Position numbers and translations under genes: made by a program
Shown: in pieces, positions 19,341-29,094 of the stretch
Position numbering within the stretch: position 1 is the stretch's first letter
How the letters are laid out: each line of letters starts with the position of its first letter
The notes under the pieces: generated by a model
Told to the model about the DNA's origin: nothing
The model's input: the letters and a program-made list of their open reading frames with translations, nothing else
Database searches by the model: none
Source of the DNA: Thermodesulfobacteriota bacterium
GTDB lineage: Bacteria > Desulfobacterota_D > UBA1144 > Nemesobacterales > Mycalebacteriaceae
Assembly (NCBI GenBank): GCA_965198945.1
Contig: CBDAQI010000011.1
Span: 32,001-96,000 of the forward strand
Length of the DNA: 64,000 nucleotides
Reading direction: 5' to 3'

Positions 19341-20687
19341 ATGAACAAAAATCACGATTTGATGAAAAATATCAAAATGGCGGTGAAAAAGGCGCCGAAA
19401 ACTTTTTTGTTTTCTCTTGTAATTTTTGTCGCCGCGGCCGTTAACACATATGCCGCCCCGGAAACCACGCCGGAAATGTTTACGGTTAACAACCTCTGGC
19501 TGCTTCTGGCCACAATTCTGGTCTTTATAATGCACCTTGGTTTTGCGGCTCTTGAAAGCGGCCTGACGAGATCAAAAAACACCGTCAACATACTTTTCAA
19601 AAATGTTTCGGTAATTACGATAGGTATCCTCACTTACGCTTTTTGCGGATTCAATCTTATGTATCCGGGCTTTGCCGAAGGCGCTTCGGGCTTCTTAGGG
19701 TTTGCCGGATTTGGAATTTCCTCTCCCGACGGGGCGGCGGGTCTGATTGGATACGCGGACGGCAGTTATACTTATTTTGCGGACTTTATTTTTCAGGCCA
19801 TGTTTGCCGCCACCGCAGCCACAATAGTTTCGGGAGCTGTTGCGGAAAGAATTAAACTGGGGAGTTTTCTTGTTTTTGCGGTTATTTATGTGGCTTTTGT
19901 ATACCCGGTCGCAGGTTCATGGAAATGGGGCGGCGGATGGCTTGACGCAATGGGTTTTTACGATTTTGCGGGTTCCACCATCGTCCACAGTGTCGGAGGA
20001 TGGGGGGCACTTGTCGGCGCCTTAATGCTCGGGGCGAGGGTAGGAAAATATGTGGACGGAAAAGTCAGGGCTCTTCCCGGACACAGCCTGCCGCTTGCCA
20101 CAATCGGGGTTTTTCTGCTCTGGTTCGGATGGTACGGGTTTAACGGCGGTTCGGTTCTTTCTGCTGATCCGGGTCTTGTTTCTCTTGTGTTTGTAACAAC
20201 TTCACTCGCCGCGGCGGCGGGGGTTGTCGGAGCGATGGGCACAGCCTGGATCATAAACAAAAAACCCGACCTTTCAATGATACTTAACGGCTCTCTCGCG
20301 GGCCTTGTGGGAATCACGGCCGGAGCCGATGTGATAAGTCCCGGAAACTCTTTTGTGGTGGGTTTAATTGCGGGAATTCTCGTTGTTCTGTCGGTAATTT
20401 TTATGGACAGAATCAAAATAGACGACCCGGTCGGGGCAATTTCGGTTCACTTGACATGCGGAATCTGGGGAACTCTTGCCGTGGGAATTTTCAGCACAAA
20501 CCCGGAACATACTTTCTTCAAGCAGATGGCGGGTGTGGTCGCATACGGGGTTTTCTGCACCGTCTTTGCGATACTGATTTTCTTCGCCGTCAAAACGGTA
20601 ATGGGTCTGCGGGTTTCCAGAGAGGAAGAAATTACCGGACTTGATTTGGGTGAACATGGAATGGAAGCATATGATATTCAGAAATAA
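19341..20687 (+). CDS. amtB: Ammonium transporter
   Basis: FAATAATIVSGAVAER, DFAGSTIVH, LWFGWYGFNGGS, IDDPVGAISVH; start chosen after RBS AAGGAG. Confidence 0.96.
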   Translation: MNKNHDLMKNIKMAVKKAPKTFLFSLVIFVAAAVNTYAAPETTPEMFTVNNLWLLLATILVFIMHLGFAALESGLTRSKNTVNILFKNVSVITIGILTYAFCGFNLMYPGFAEGASGFLGFAGFGISSPDGAAGLIGYADGSYTYFADFIFQAMFAATAATIVSGAVAERIKLGSFLVFAVIYVAFVYPVAGSWKWGGGWLDAMGFYDFAGSTIVHSVGGWGALVGALMLGARVGKYVDGKVRALPGHSLPLATIGVFLLWFGWYGFNGGSVLSADPGLVSLVFVTTSLAAAAGVVGAMGTAWIINKKPDLSMILNGSLAGLVGITAGADVISPGNSFVVGLIAGILVVLSVIFMDRIKIDDPVGAISVHLTCGIWGTLAVGIFSTNPEHTFFKQMAGVVAYGVFCTVFAILIFFAVKTVMGLRVSREEEITGLDLGEHGMEAYDIQK

Positions 20688-20700
20688 TTTTAACTGAGTA

Positions 20701-20726
20701 TTAATTTCCCCGCCCGGGGAATTAAA
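20701..20726 (+). other. Intergenic hairpin (weak terminator or processing site)
   Basis: ttaatttcccc-gccc-ggggaattaa. Confidence 0.45.
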
Positions 20727-20760
20727 AAATAAGGGAATTACAAATAGGAGGTAATTAATT

Positions 20761-22119
20761 ATGAGAAAATTTCTCAACGGGCTTTTAATTGTTTTGAGTT
20801 TGCTGGTTGTTCCGCAGCTCGGCGCGCCGGCCGCAAAGGCGGATGTTCCAATGACTCAGTTTGTGGAGGGCGTTAATATTGGAGTGTCGCTTGACACCAC
20901 ATACCAGTATGTCTTCAATTGCGATAAGGAGAAGGTTTCGGAATGTCCGGCCGAAAGGGGTCTTTATGCCGAACACAACGACTTCTCAATAGACGCCTTC
21001 ACACTCTCTCTTGAAAAAGAGGCAGATGGCGCCGGCGTATCTCCGATGGAGAAGATCGGTTTCAGGGCGGACATTCTTTTCGGAGAGCAGGCTGAGTATC
21101 TCGGTTTCGGGTTCAACTCTGACGGAGACGGTTCGGTCAGCCCCTATCAGGCATATGTAAGCGTTGCTCCTTCGGAGAATTTCGGTATCATCGCGGGGCA
21201 GTTCACAACGCTTGCGGGCTGGGAGCTTATAGAAGCCAAGAACAACACCAACATCACCAGAGGTCTTCTGTTCTACAGAATCCCGTTTGCCCACTCGGGA
21301 GTCCGCGCTTCATATAATGCGGGGGCGTTTGACCTGACCTTCGGCATAAGCAATGACTGGGACGCGGTTGACGATGTGAATGACGGAAAGACTTTTGAGT
21401 TTCAAGCGGCTTATTCGCATTCGTCGGAAACCGGGTTTATAAACGATCTGTGGGCCGGAGCAACCGTTTATGTGGGCAAGAGTGAATTTCTGGAGAATCG
21501 TTTTTTGGAAACCAGTGTGTTTGATGCGGAGGGGGACGGCGGTAATGCTATTGTGGAAAACAGGAAACCGGTTGTTAAAGAGAACGATGTGGCGGTGGAA
21601 GAGATTTTCAGGACGGGCGCTGATGTTGCAATACCCCATAAAAACAACACGCGTACTCTCTTAACGCTTGTTACAAGCGTTACGTCCGGGAAATTCACAT
21701 TTGTAGGAGATGCGGAGTTTACATGGGTGCAAGACGGAGTTGCAAAGGGGGTATACACAAAGTTTGACAGCGACAATCCGCGGACGACGACCGTTGAGAC
21801 TTCGTTACTGACCGGATTGAAATACGAGAACTTCTTCCGCTGGGGAGTCGGAGGATACGCAATTTATCAGCCGAACTCCGATATGACCCTTTCCCTCAGG
21901 GCGGAATACGTTGATGACTCCGATACGACGAATGCGGTGAAACTTTTTGAAATAACGCCGACCGTGGGATGGAAGCCTTTTGGCGAAACCGAAATGGGAA
22001 CTCTGGAAACCCGTTTTGAATACCGTATGGACAGAGCCGATATCAAATACTTTCGGAGCGACAGCGGCCTGAAGAAAACACAGCACGCGCTGATTTTTCA
22101 GCTTCTGTATTTCATATAG
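20761..22119 (+). CDS. Putative outer-membrane beta-barrel porin (BBP2/OmpL-like)
   Basis: Signal peptide ending AKA; GFRADILFG, QAYV, GQFTTLAGWELI...NTNITRG, RFEYRMD; aromatic C-terminus. Confidence 0.7.
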   Translation: MRKFLNGLLIVLSLLVVPQLGAPAAKADVPMTQFVEGVNIGVSLDTTYQYVFNCDKEKVSECPAERGLYAEHNDFSIDAFTLSLEKEADGAGVSPMEKIGFRADILFGEQAEYLGFGFNSDGDGSVSPYQAYVSVAPSENFGIIAGQFTTLAGWELIEAKNNTNITRGLLFYRIPFAHSGVRASYNAGAFDLTFGISNDWDAVDDVNDGKTFEFQAAYSHSSETGFINDLWAGATVYVGKSEFLENRFLETSVFDAEGDGGNAIVENRKPVVKENDVAVEEIFRTGADVAIPHKNNTRTLLTLVTSVTSGKFTFVGDAEFTWVQDGVAKGVYTKFDSDNPRTTTVETSLLTGLKYENFFRWGVGGYAIYQPNSDMTLSLRAEYVDDSDTTNAVKLFEITPTVGWKPFGETEMGTLETRFEYRMDRADIKYFRSDSGLKKTQHALIFQLLYFI

Positions 22120-22161
22120 AGACGGTCTGATTTACAAAACGGCTCGCGCCTGACTTTCAGG

Positions 22162-22200
22162 AAAAAGCCGACCCCGATTTATTTGCGGTCGGCTTTTTCT
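22162..22200 (+). terminator. Intrinsic terminator
   Basis: aaaaagccgacc...ggtcggcttttt. Confidence 0.75.
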
Positions 22201-22221
22201 ATTGTAAAATGAAACTTTCGC

Positions 22222-22294
<73 letters not shown>

Positions 22295-22310
22295 GTTTTC
22301 CCTTAAAGTG

Positions 22311-22340
22311 TTGACAATAGCAGTCAATGTTGGGTAGATT
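22311..22340 (+). promoter_or_regulatory. Promoter with palindromic operator over the -35
   Basis: TTGAC-aatagca-GTCAA; TTGACA-N18-TAGATT. Confidence 0.55.
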
Positions 22341-22386
22341 TGGAAAGTTAAGTTATTTTATTTAACAAAATTTGAGTGTTTTTGTT

Positions 22387-22800
22387 ATGACTTTTGGAGA
22401 CTATCTGAGAGCAAAGCGCAAGCAGAGAGGCATAACCCAGGGCGCGCTCGCGCACTACCTGGATGTTTCAAAGGTGTATATACACCAGCTTGAGACCGGC
22501 AAGGCCGACTCGCCTTCACGCGAAAGGTGCCACCAGATTGCGCAGTATCTGCGTGTAAGCGTTGAGGAAATATGGAATCTCTCCAGGCGTGAAAAGCTGC
22601 ACAAGTTTATTGAAAAAGAGCTTATTGGTGAGAAAGATCTTGAGATACTCACCGATGAGGAGAGATATCTTGTCAAGTTATACAGGGTTCTTGATGACGA
22701 GGTAAAAAAGGACTTCAATGGGATGGTCTTTATGTTGTTCAAGCATTATGAGAACTCTGAGGCTAAAAAGATACTTGAAGAATTTCTTAAATGCGCCTGA
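22387..22800 (+). CDS. XRE-family HTH transcriptional regulator
   Basis: FGDYLRAKRKQRGITQGALA...VSKVYIHQLETG; C-terminal LTDEERYLVKLYRVL. Confidence 0.88.
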   Translation: MTFGDYLRAKRKQRGITQGALAHYLDVSKVYIHQLETGKADSPSRERCHQIAQYLRVSVEEIWNLSRREKLHKFIEKELIGEKDLEILTDEERYLVKLYRVLDDEVKKDFNGMVFMLFKHYENSEAKKILEEFLKCA

Positions 22801-23573
22801 TTATAAGTTTTATTGACAGACTAAATCTTTTCTTCAAAATTCTCTTCATAGAAGCCGCCATTTTTTTCCTTATCGGCGCAGTTTTCTACAGCCAGTTCAG
22901 TAGCGCCAAATCCGATGTTATAAGCAAGACCGTTGCGGCTTCGGAGTTAATTGGCGATGAGGCGGCGGAGTTTGCCGTCCACCACCCGAACCCGACAAGT
23001 GAAGAATTCTACAATTTTCTCAGAAACAAGCACGGGGCCGCCGGAGTTTTCAAAACATTCAATGTTGTTCCCTCTTCATTCGGGGTCGTATTCACAAAAG
23101 AAGCCTGGGAGGCAAGGCAGGCAAGAAGCATGTATTCCGACAGAGGCTACGGCGTCAGTGACAAGGGCGGGTTTTTCTCCGTTTCCGTTCCGTTTCTGGT
23201 GGGTGTGGATGGGAACCCATACGGAGTTGTTACGATCAACTCGTCAAAAACACTTATTATGAAACAGGTCTTGAAAGACCACCTTCTTTTGTATCTGGCG
23301 CTTTTTGTTGTTTTGAACAACCAGGTCTTTATTTTGCATTACTTCGCCACAAGGAAACAGAAAAACATAATAGACAAGCACTATGCCAGGCCATACCTTA
23401 AGGTGCATTCCATCGGAGCGCTGAAGGTTATGCGTAAAATACTTGAGGAGATCATTGAAGATCACCCCGGAGAACCGGCAAAGAAAGAGACGGCACATTC
23501 TCCGGAAGACGAAAAAAAAGCCGGATCAAAAAAAATAATTCCCCTTTCCCAATTCCTTTCGAGAAAAAACTGA
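22791..23573 (+). CDS. Hypothetical 2-TM membrane protein with extracytoplasmic domain
   Basis: Two hydrophobic segments flanking ~125 aa that end in SVPF...GNPYGVVTI; overlaps the XRE stop. Confidence 0.65.
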   Translation: MRLIISFIDRLNLFFKILFIEAAIFFLIGAVFYSQFSSAKSDVISKTVAASELIGDEAAEFAVHHPNPTSEEFYNFLRNKHGAAGVFKTFNVVPSSFGVVFTKEAWEARQARSMYSDRGYGVSDKGGFFSVSVPFLVGVDGNPYGVVTINSSKTLIMKQVLKDHLLLYLALFVVLNNQVFILHYFATRKQKNIIDKHYARPYLKVHSIGALKVMRKILEEIIEDHPGEPAKKETAHSPEDEKKAGSKKIIPLSQFLSRKN

Positions 23574-23577
23574 ACAA

Positions 23578-24642
23578 ATGAATCTCTCCCGATTCATGGG
23601 AGTTGAGGGCCGTATCAGCGGATTGTTAAAGCCCGCCGCACCCGCGGTTGGAGTTGATATAGGCTCGCATTCAATCAAGATTGTTGTTTTGAAAAAAGCC
23701 TCCGGAGCCGAGGCGGATTTCTCCGCGACCGCCGGAGAGTTTTTTCTTGATTCCGGTCTGCCTGATTCTGTTGCTTCCGGTCTGTTGTTTTTGCGGGATG
23801 ATTTCGGACTGAGTGGCAGAAAAGCGGCCGTTGCGGTTTCCGGCGGTTCGGTTTTTACAACCCCTTTGAAAGTTCCCGCCTCATGCGCGGGCTGTCCAAA
23901 AATGACGGAAGAGGCGGTTTGCTCTCATTTAAGCAAATTCTTCCCCGGTGGCATGGAAGCCTACGGCTGCGGTTTTTATCAGTATCCGGAAAGTCCGGAA
24001 GATATTGTCGCTGCGGTTGTGAAAAAAGAAGCCGTTTCCGAACGTGCGACCGCTCTTTCAGAATCGGGTATTATTCCCGCCGTTATTGACTATGAAGGAT
24101 TTGCCGTTATTAACGCATACAACCACTCTTTTGAACGGGGTCCGGTCTGCGGCGATTCGGACGGTCTGACGGTTTTGCTCAATATCGGGCATTCGTTAAT
24201 CAATTTCTCAGTTCTTGAAGACTCAAAAACCGTTTTTACAAGAGACATTTTCTACGGTTCCGGCAAACTGACTTCCGAAATTGCTCTTCTGTGCAATATG
24301 AAAGCGGATGAAGCGGAATCCGCAAAAACCTCTCTTTGCGAAACTGACGACACGGGACTTCTGGATGCCGCACGGAATTTCTCTCTAGAGGCGGCTCGGG
24401 AAGTGAGGTGCAATCTTGAGATGTTTGCCGATTTGGAAAATAAAAAAGTTGCAAAAGTGGTTCTTTCGGGCGGAGGCTCGCTTCTTCACGGTTTAAGTGA
24501 CACTTTTTCCGAAATTCTCGGAGCGGATGTTGAATATGCGGATCCTCTAAAAGGTTTTTCCGCCGGGGATGAAGGCTATTTAAGCGGATTGTCACCGAAA
24601 ACCGCCGTTGCGTTTGGTCTCGCGCTCAGAATGACGGATTGA
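23578..24642 (+). CDS. pilM: Type IV pilus assembly protein PilM-like
   Basis: VGVDIGSHSIK, LLNIGHS, VVLSGGGS, AVAFGLALR. Confidence 0.8.
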   Translation: MNLSRFMGVEGRISGLLKPAAPAVGVDIGSHSIKIVVLKKASGAEADFSATAGEFFLDSGLPDSVASGLLFLRDDFGLSGRKAAVAVSGGSVFTTPLKVPASCAGCPKMTEEAVCSHLSKFFPGGMEAYGCGFYQYPESPEDIVAAVVKKEAVSERATALSESGIIPAVIDYEGFAVINAYNHSFERGPVCGDSDGLTVLLNIGHSLINFSVLEDSKTVFTRDIFYGSGKLTSEIALLCNMKADEAESAKTSLCETDDTGLLDAARNFSLEAAREVRCNLEMFADLENKKVAKVVLSGGGSLLHGLSDTFSEILGADVEYADPLKGFSAGDEGYLSGLSPKTAVAFGLALRMTD

Positions 24643-24649
24643 GTGTGAA

Positions 24650-25060
24650 GTGATAAAAATTAACTTTAATAAAAGAAAGATACGCAAAAGACGCCGGATG
24701 GCCTTTGCCATTGGTTGCGTCGCGCTTGCGGCCACTCCCTTTGCATATTTGAAAAGAGTGGAAATTACGGGAGCCGTGCCCGCGCTCGGAAATCAAAAAA
24801 GTGTTGTCCGCAGCCGGACCTCTTCTCCGGAAAAATCCTCCGTGTCATACAAAAGAAAAACCCCCGCGGGAAAAAATTTCAGAGTGGCGGGTTTTGTCAG
24901 GTTCGGCGACAGAGACTTTGCAATGCTCATTTCCAAAGGCCGTACCCTATGGGTGGAGGAGGGGCATAGCGCGTTCGGATTCAAGATAGCAAAAATAGAG
25001 GAGGAGGGGGTTTTCACTGAAAGTGGTCCGGAGACGGATAAAAAGATTTTTTCCCGTTGA
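24650..25060 (+). CDS. Pilus-associated small membrane protein (PilN-like start, PilP-like end)
   Basis: MIKINF N-terminus, TM helix, C-terminal FRVAGFV...AML...VEEG...KIAKI. Confidence 0.5.
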   Translation: MIKINFNKRKIRKRRRMAFAIGCVALAATPFAYLKRVEITGAVPALGNQKSVVRSRTSSPEKSSVSYKRKTPAGKNFRVAGFVRFGDRDFAMLISKGRTLWVEEGHSAFGFKIAKIEEEGVFTESGPETDKKIFSR

Positions 25061-25064
25061 AAAA

Positions 25065-26457
25065 ATGAGAAGAATAAAAGTTTTATTTCCGTTTTTTTTG
25101 TTTCTTCTGCACGGTTTTTATGTTTTCCGGGCCAGCGCCTGCCAAAGACGGTCCCGTTTATGAAAAAGGGGCTCCCTGGGCTTTTGACTTCCGTAATTTA
25201 TCTTTCGGCCCGGACGAGCCCGTCTACAGAGGCGAGAAGGGAACCTTCATATACAGGGGGGCAAATGTCCGCGAGGTCATAAGACAGATAGCAAAAATCG
25301 GCGGTTTCAACATTATCATCACCGGGGATGTGAGCGGAACGGTTGACATGAAACTCAGAGACGTTCCCTGGGATCAGGCGCTCTCCGTTGTGCTTGCCGA
25401 GAGCGGGCTCGGCGCTTTTGTGGAAGGCAGTATAGTTAAAATTTCATCCCTTGAGAGCATAGGAAAAAGGCGCAGGGAAAAATCGGACACGGCTTCGCTT
25501 GTTGAGAAAACCGAGAAGCTTGTTTCCAGGCAGTTTTTCGTAAACTACGCTGCGGCGCGCGACATGGCGGCCGGAGTCAAACCTCTTCTGACAAAGAGGG
25601 GTAGGTTTGCCGTTGATGAAAGAACAAACAGCCTGACAATTCTTGAGACGCCGCTCAATATGGCGAGAATCTCCGAAATCATAGAATCGCTTGACAAACC
25701 CACTCCGAAAATACTTATTGAGTCAAGAATAGTTCAGGCGGGCACTGATTTTTCGCGTGAACTCGGAATTCAGTGGGGAGTTCATTACACAAGCAAAAAA
25801 ACCGGGGCGCGTTTCCCTTCAAACATACAGATTGGAGGGACAAGAATAACAACCCCCTTCGGCAGCGTCGGCGACGGTTTTATAGTTGATATGCCGGCTT
25901 CGGCGGGTTTCGGAAGCGGCGGAACCCTTGGGGTTGTTCTCGGAAATCTTGCCGGAACTTTTGACCTTGATGTGCGGCTTTCCGCGCTTGAAGACAAGGG
26001 AAAGGTGAAAATACTTTCCTCGCCCAAGATCATAACGGTTGACAACTCGGTTGCGAGAATAGAACAGGGAATCTCAATTCCTTTTTCAACCGTGTCGGAG
26101 CAGGGCACGCAAACGGAATTTGCGGATGCGACTTTGAACCTTGAGGTCAGACCCAAAATCACAAACGACGGCAATATATTCATGTATATTTATATTACTG
26201 ACAACTCACCGGACGCCACTTTTTCGGTCGGCTCCCGGCCTTCAATCAGAAGAAACGAAGCGAAAACCAGGGTTCTCGCGGAAGACGGAGAGACTATAGT
26301 CCTTGGCGGAATAGTTACCACAACGGCAAGCAAAATCAGCACTAGAGTGCCTTTTCTTTCTTCAATTCCGCTTCTCGGCGCCGCTTTCAGGAGCTCAAAA
26401 AGGCAAACCGTGGAAAGAGAGCTTATTCTTTTTATAACGCCGCGGATAATTCTTTAG
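25065..26457 (+). CDS. pilQ: Secretin PilQ (signal peptide out of frame at a T8 tract)
   Basis: DVPWDQAL, DERTNSL, ILIESRIV, ELGIQWG, LSSPKI, VPFLSSIPLLG, ELILFITPRI; the track ORF starts at 25120. Confidence 0.88.
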
Positions 26458-26465
26458 AGAAAATT

Positions 26466-26663
26466 TTATGAGTCCGGACGGTCTTCCGAAGACGGCAGAA
26501 AACCCGTAATCAAAGCCACGGCGGCCGCCAGCCCGCCGACTCCGCCGATAATTTTGAAATACAGCTCCCAGTTTATGTGTGTGTTCAATGATATGCCGTA
26601 TCCAACTACGAAAAAAATAAAGGCGACTACGGCTATGCTTCCGGGGATATTTCTTCTTAGCAT
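26466..26663 (-). CDS. Small hypothetical 2-TM protein
   Basis: Two hydrophobic helices; start uncertain. Confidence 0.5.
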   Translation of the reverse strand: MLRRNIPGSIAVVAFIFFVVGYGISLNTHINWELYFKIIGGVGGLAAAVALITGFLPSSEDRPDS

Positions 26664-26987
26664 TGTTTTTGAGACCTCCGAGCTGTTGTCCCGCAATTTA
26701 TACAAACTGATTTTTATTTCAAGGGATTCCCAATACGCTTATTCCGTGTAGAATAAAAGACGAATGCAAATTTTCTCAGATCCGTTCGGCATCTCAATTT
26801 TTCCAAGTCGTTCCTTAAGCAGCTTTCCGGTTTTTATCGCCCGTCTTTTTCTTCTTGAGGCCATAGGGGTTTGTGCGCAGGGCGGGCGGGTTTCGGGGAT
26901 TGCCGGCGGAGACGCCAAAATCTCCGCTCCCGGAAGTCTTTTGTCCGGGAGAAAGGGGTATCCCGGAATTTCCCCGCGGCGGATAAT

Positions 26988-28733
26988 ATGGCGGTGAAAC
27001 GCACAAGACACCGTCCGGCGCCGGTCTCCGTGCGTGCGCCGAAAAAATCTCCCGGAAAAAAGCCTGCGGAACTCCCGGAACTTTTTCTCGCAAAAGCAGT
27101 AGCTTCGCCCGAAGGCATGGTTCTGGTTCCCAGAAGCCGTGATTTTTCATCTGTTGTCGTTGAAAAATCATCACAGAAACTCAGAAACGGTTTTCTTATT
27201 CTGGTCAGAAATGTCGGCAAACGGAAACAATACGGTAAAGAGCTTGTTCCCGTTGTGAAAGTGGAAAAAATCATAGGCAGAGCGGGGGAGTTTGAAGCCG
27301 AAAAAAAAGCCGTTGAATACAAGTATTCACTTCCCGGAGATTTTCCGGCCGCCGTTTTGAATAATGCTGAAGAGGTTTGCCGGGTGCGTCCTTCGCAGGC
27401 GGCGTCCGGCAGGGTTGATTTAAGAAAAAAGACCATATTCACAATAGACGGTGATGACGCCAAAGACTATGACGACGCCGTCGGCATAAGAAAAAACGGT
27501 TCGGGGTTCACTTTGTGGGTTTGTATCGCCGATGTTTCACACTATGTCAAAAAAGGCGATCCTCTTGACAAAGAAGCGCTTCGGCGCGGCACAAGCGTTT
27601 ATCTTGAGAATCGCGTCATACCGATGCTTCCCGAGACACTTTCAAACGATCTTTGCAGTCTTGTGCCCAATAAAGACCGTCTGACAAAAACCGTTGAGAT
27701 GGAATTTTCCCGCAACGGCGTTCTTGGAGATTTTCACATTTATAACAGTGTAATAAAAAGTTCCGCGCGCCTCACCTATTCGCGTGTTACGGAATTTCTT
27801 AATCGGGGCAAGGCCGGAGACCTCCCGCCTGATATCAGAAACAGTCTCAAGATGATGAAAGACCTTTACATCAAAATGAAAAAACTCAGCCTTGAAAACG
27901 GAGAGCTTGATTTTGAACTGCCGGAGCCGGAAATAATCAGAGGCGCGGACGGCAGTGTGAGTGAGGTGCGCAATGCGGAGAGGGGCGTTGCCAACATGAT
28001 TATTGAGCAGTTTATGATAGCCGCCAACAGAGCGGTCGGCTCGCGTCTTTTTGAGAGCGACGGATGCGGGGTTTACAGAATCCATGAACCTCCGACGGAG
28101 ACTTCCGTTTCCGAACTTTTTTCAGAACTCCGCAGGCTCGGATACAAGGCTCATTTGCCCGAAAACGGCGAGGTCGGCAAATCAATTCAAAAACTGCTTT
28201 ACGATTTCAGAGGCAGAAAACAGGAAAGCGCGGTCAAGATGCTGACGCTGAAATCCCTGCAGAGGGCGGTTTATTCAACGCGCGAAATCGGCCATTTCGG
28301 ACTTGGTATTGAGAGATATTCGCATTTTACTTCTCCCATCAGAAGGTATCCGGATCTTATTGCTCACAGGATGGTTGAATGTCTGGTAAACTGCGGGAAA
28401 ACCGGTTTTTCACGCGATGCTCTTGAGGGTATATGTGAAAAGACTTCGGTTCTTGAGAGAAACGCGGAGAGGGCGGAGAGGGAGATAGTCGGGCTTGAGA
28501 CCGCAAACTTTATGAAAACTCTCAAGGGCAGGGTTTTCACGGGAAAAGTTATCAGCATTCTGCCTTTCGGGATGTTTCTTGAGTTGGGTGAAATTTGCGC
28601 CGAGGGTTTTGTTCCGCGTGAGATGATGAAAAGGGGCGGTCGGAGAAAATGGTTCAATTTGGGTGATGAGGTGAATTTAAGGGTTGTGGGCGCTGATTTG
28701 GAAAAGAGAAGAACTATTATGGAGCCCGTATAA
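26988..28733 (+). CDS. rnr: RNase R / RNase II family exoribonuclease (divergent N-terminus)
   Basis: TIDGDDAKDYDDA, IADVSHYV, HFTSPIRRYPD, C-terminal S1; start uncertain (26871 or 26988). Confidence 0.85.
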   Translation: MAVKRTRHRPAPVSVRAPKKSPGKKPAELPELFLAKAVASPEGMVLVPRSRDFSSVVVEKSSQKLRNGFLILVRNVGKRKQYGKELVPVVKVEKIIGRAGEFEAEKKAVEYKYSLPGDFPAAVLNNAEEVCRVRPSQAASGRVDLRKKTIFTIDGDDAKDYDDAVGIRKNGSGFTLWVCIADVSHYVKKGDPLDKEALRRGTSVYLENRVIPMLPETLSNDLCSLVPNKDRLTKTVEMEFSRNGVLGDFHIYNSVIKSSARLTYSRVTEFLNRGKAGDLPPDIRNSLKMMKDLYIKMKKLSLENGELDFELPEPEIIRGADGSVSEVRNAERGVANMIIEQFMIAANRAVGSRLFESDGCGVYRIHEPPTETSVSELFSELRRLGYKAHLPENGEVGKSIQKLLYDFRGRKQESAVKMLTLKSLQRAVYSTREIGHFGLGIERYSHFTSPIRRYPDLIAHRMVECLVNCGKTGFSRDALEGICEKTSVLERNAERAEREIVGLETANFMKTLKGRVFTGKVISILPFGMFLELGEICAEGFVPREMMKRGGRRKWFNLGDEVNLRVVGADLEKRRTIMEPV

Positions 28734-28740
28734 AGTCCGG

Positions 28741-28827
28741 CGGAGGGAAGGGGATTCGAACCCCTGAGAGCCCTGAGGCCCCACTGGTTTTCGAGACCAG
28801 CGCCTTCGTCCGCTCGGCCATCCCTCC
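28741..28827 (-). tRNA. tRNA-Ser (CGA)
   Basis: Reverse complement GGAGGGATGGCCGAGCGG...CTCGAAA...long variable arm...GGTTCGAATCC. Confidence 0.95.
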
Positions 28828-28952
28828 GGGGGTTAAGTTACACACGGCGGGCACTGCGGGCAAATTGCCGTTAGTCTAAATGCCGGATTCCACCCCGTTT
28901 TGATATGAGACAGTTTTTTACATGGGGCACGTTTTTGCGTAAATGATTTTCT

Positions 28953-29058
28953 TTGTCATTCCCAAACTATTTGCCCGTCACTCCCGCAGAATCGGGAGTC
29001 CAGTAATTTAGCTGTATTTCAGCCGGAGTTTATACCCCGAAGGGTAAGGGAATGACAA
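28953..29058. repeat. CGTC/dRS3-like repeat cluster
   Basis: ttgtcattccc ... cgtcactcccgcagaatcgggagtccag ... gggaatgacaa. Confidence 0.7.
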
Positions 29059-29094
29059 CAGGTGATGACTCAAAGCCATATTGCATAATGGTTT

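Noticed and set aside
26739..27011. Overlapping short ORFs upstream of rnr
   Set aside because: Several conflicting frames with no recognisable motif; none can be supported.
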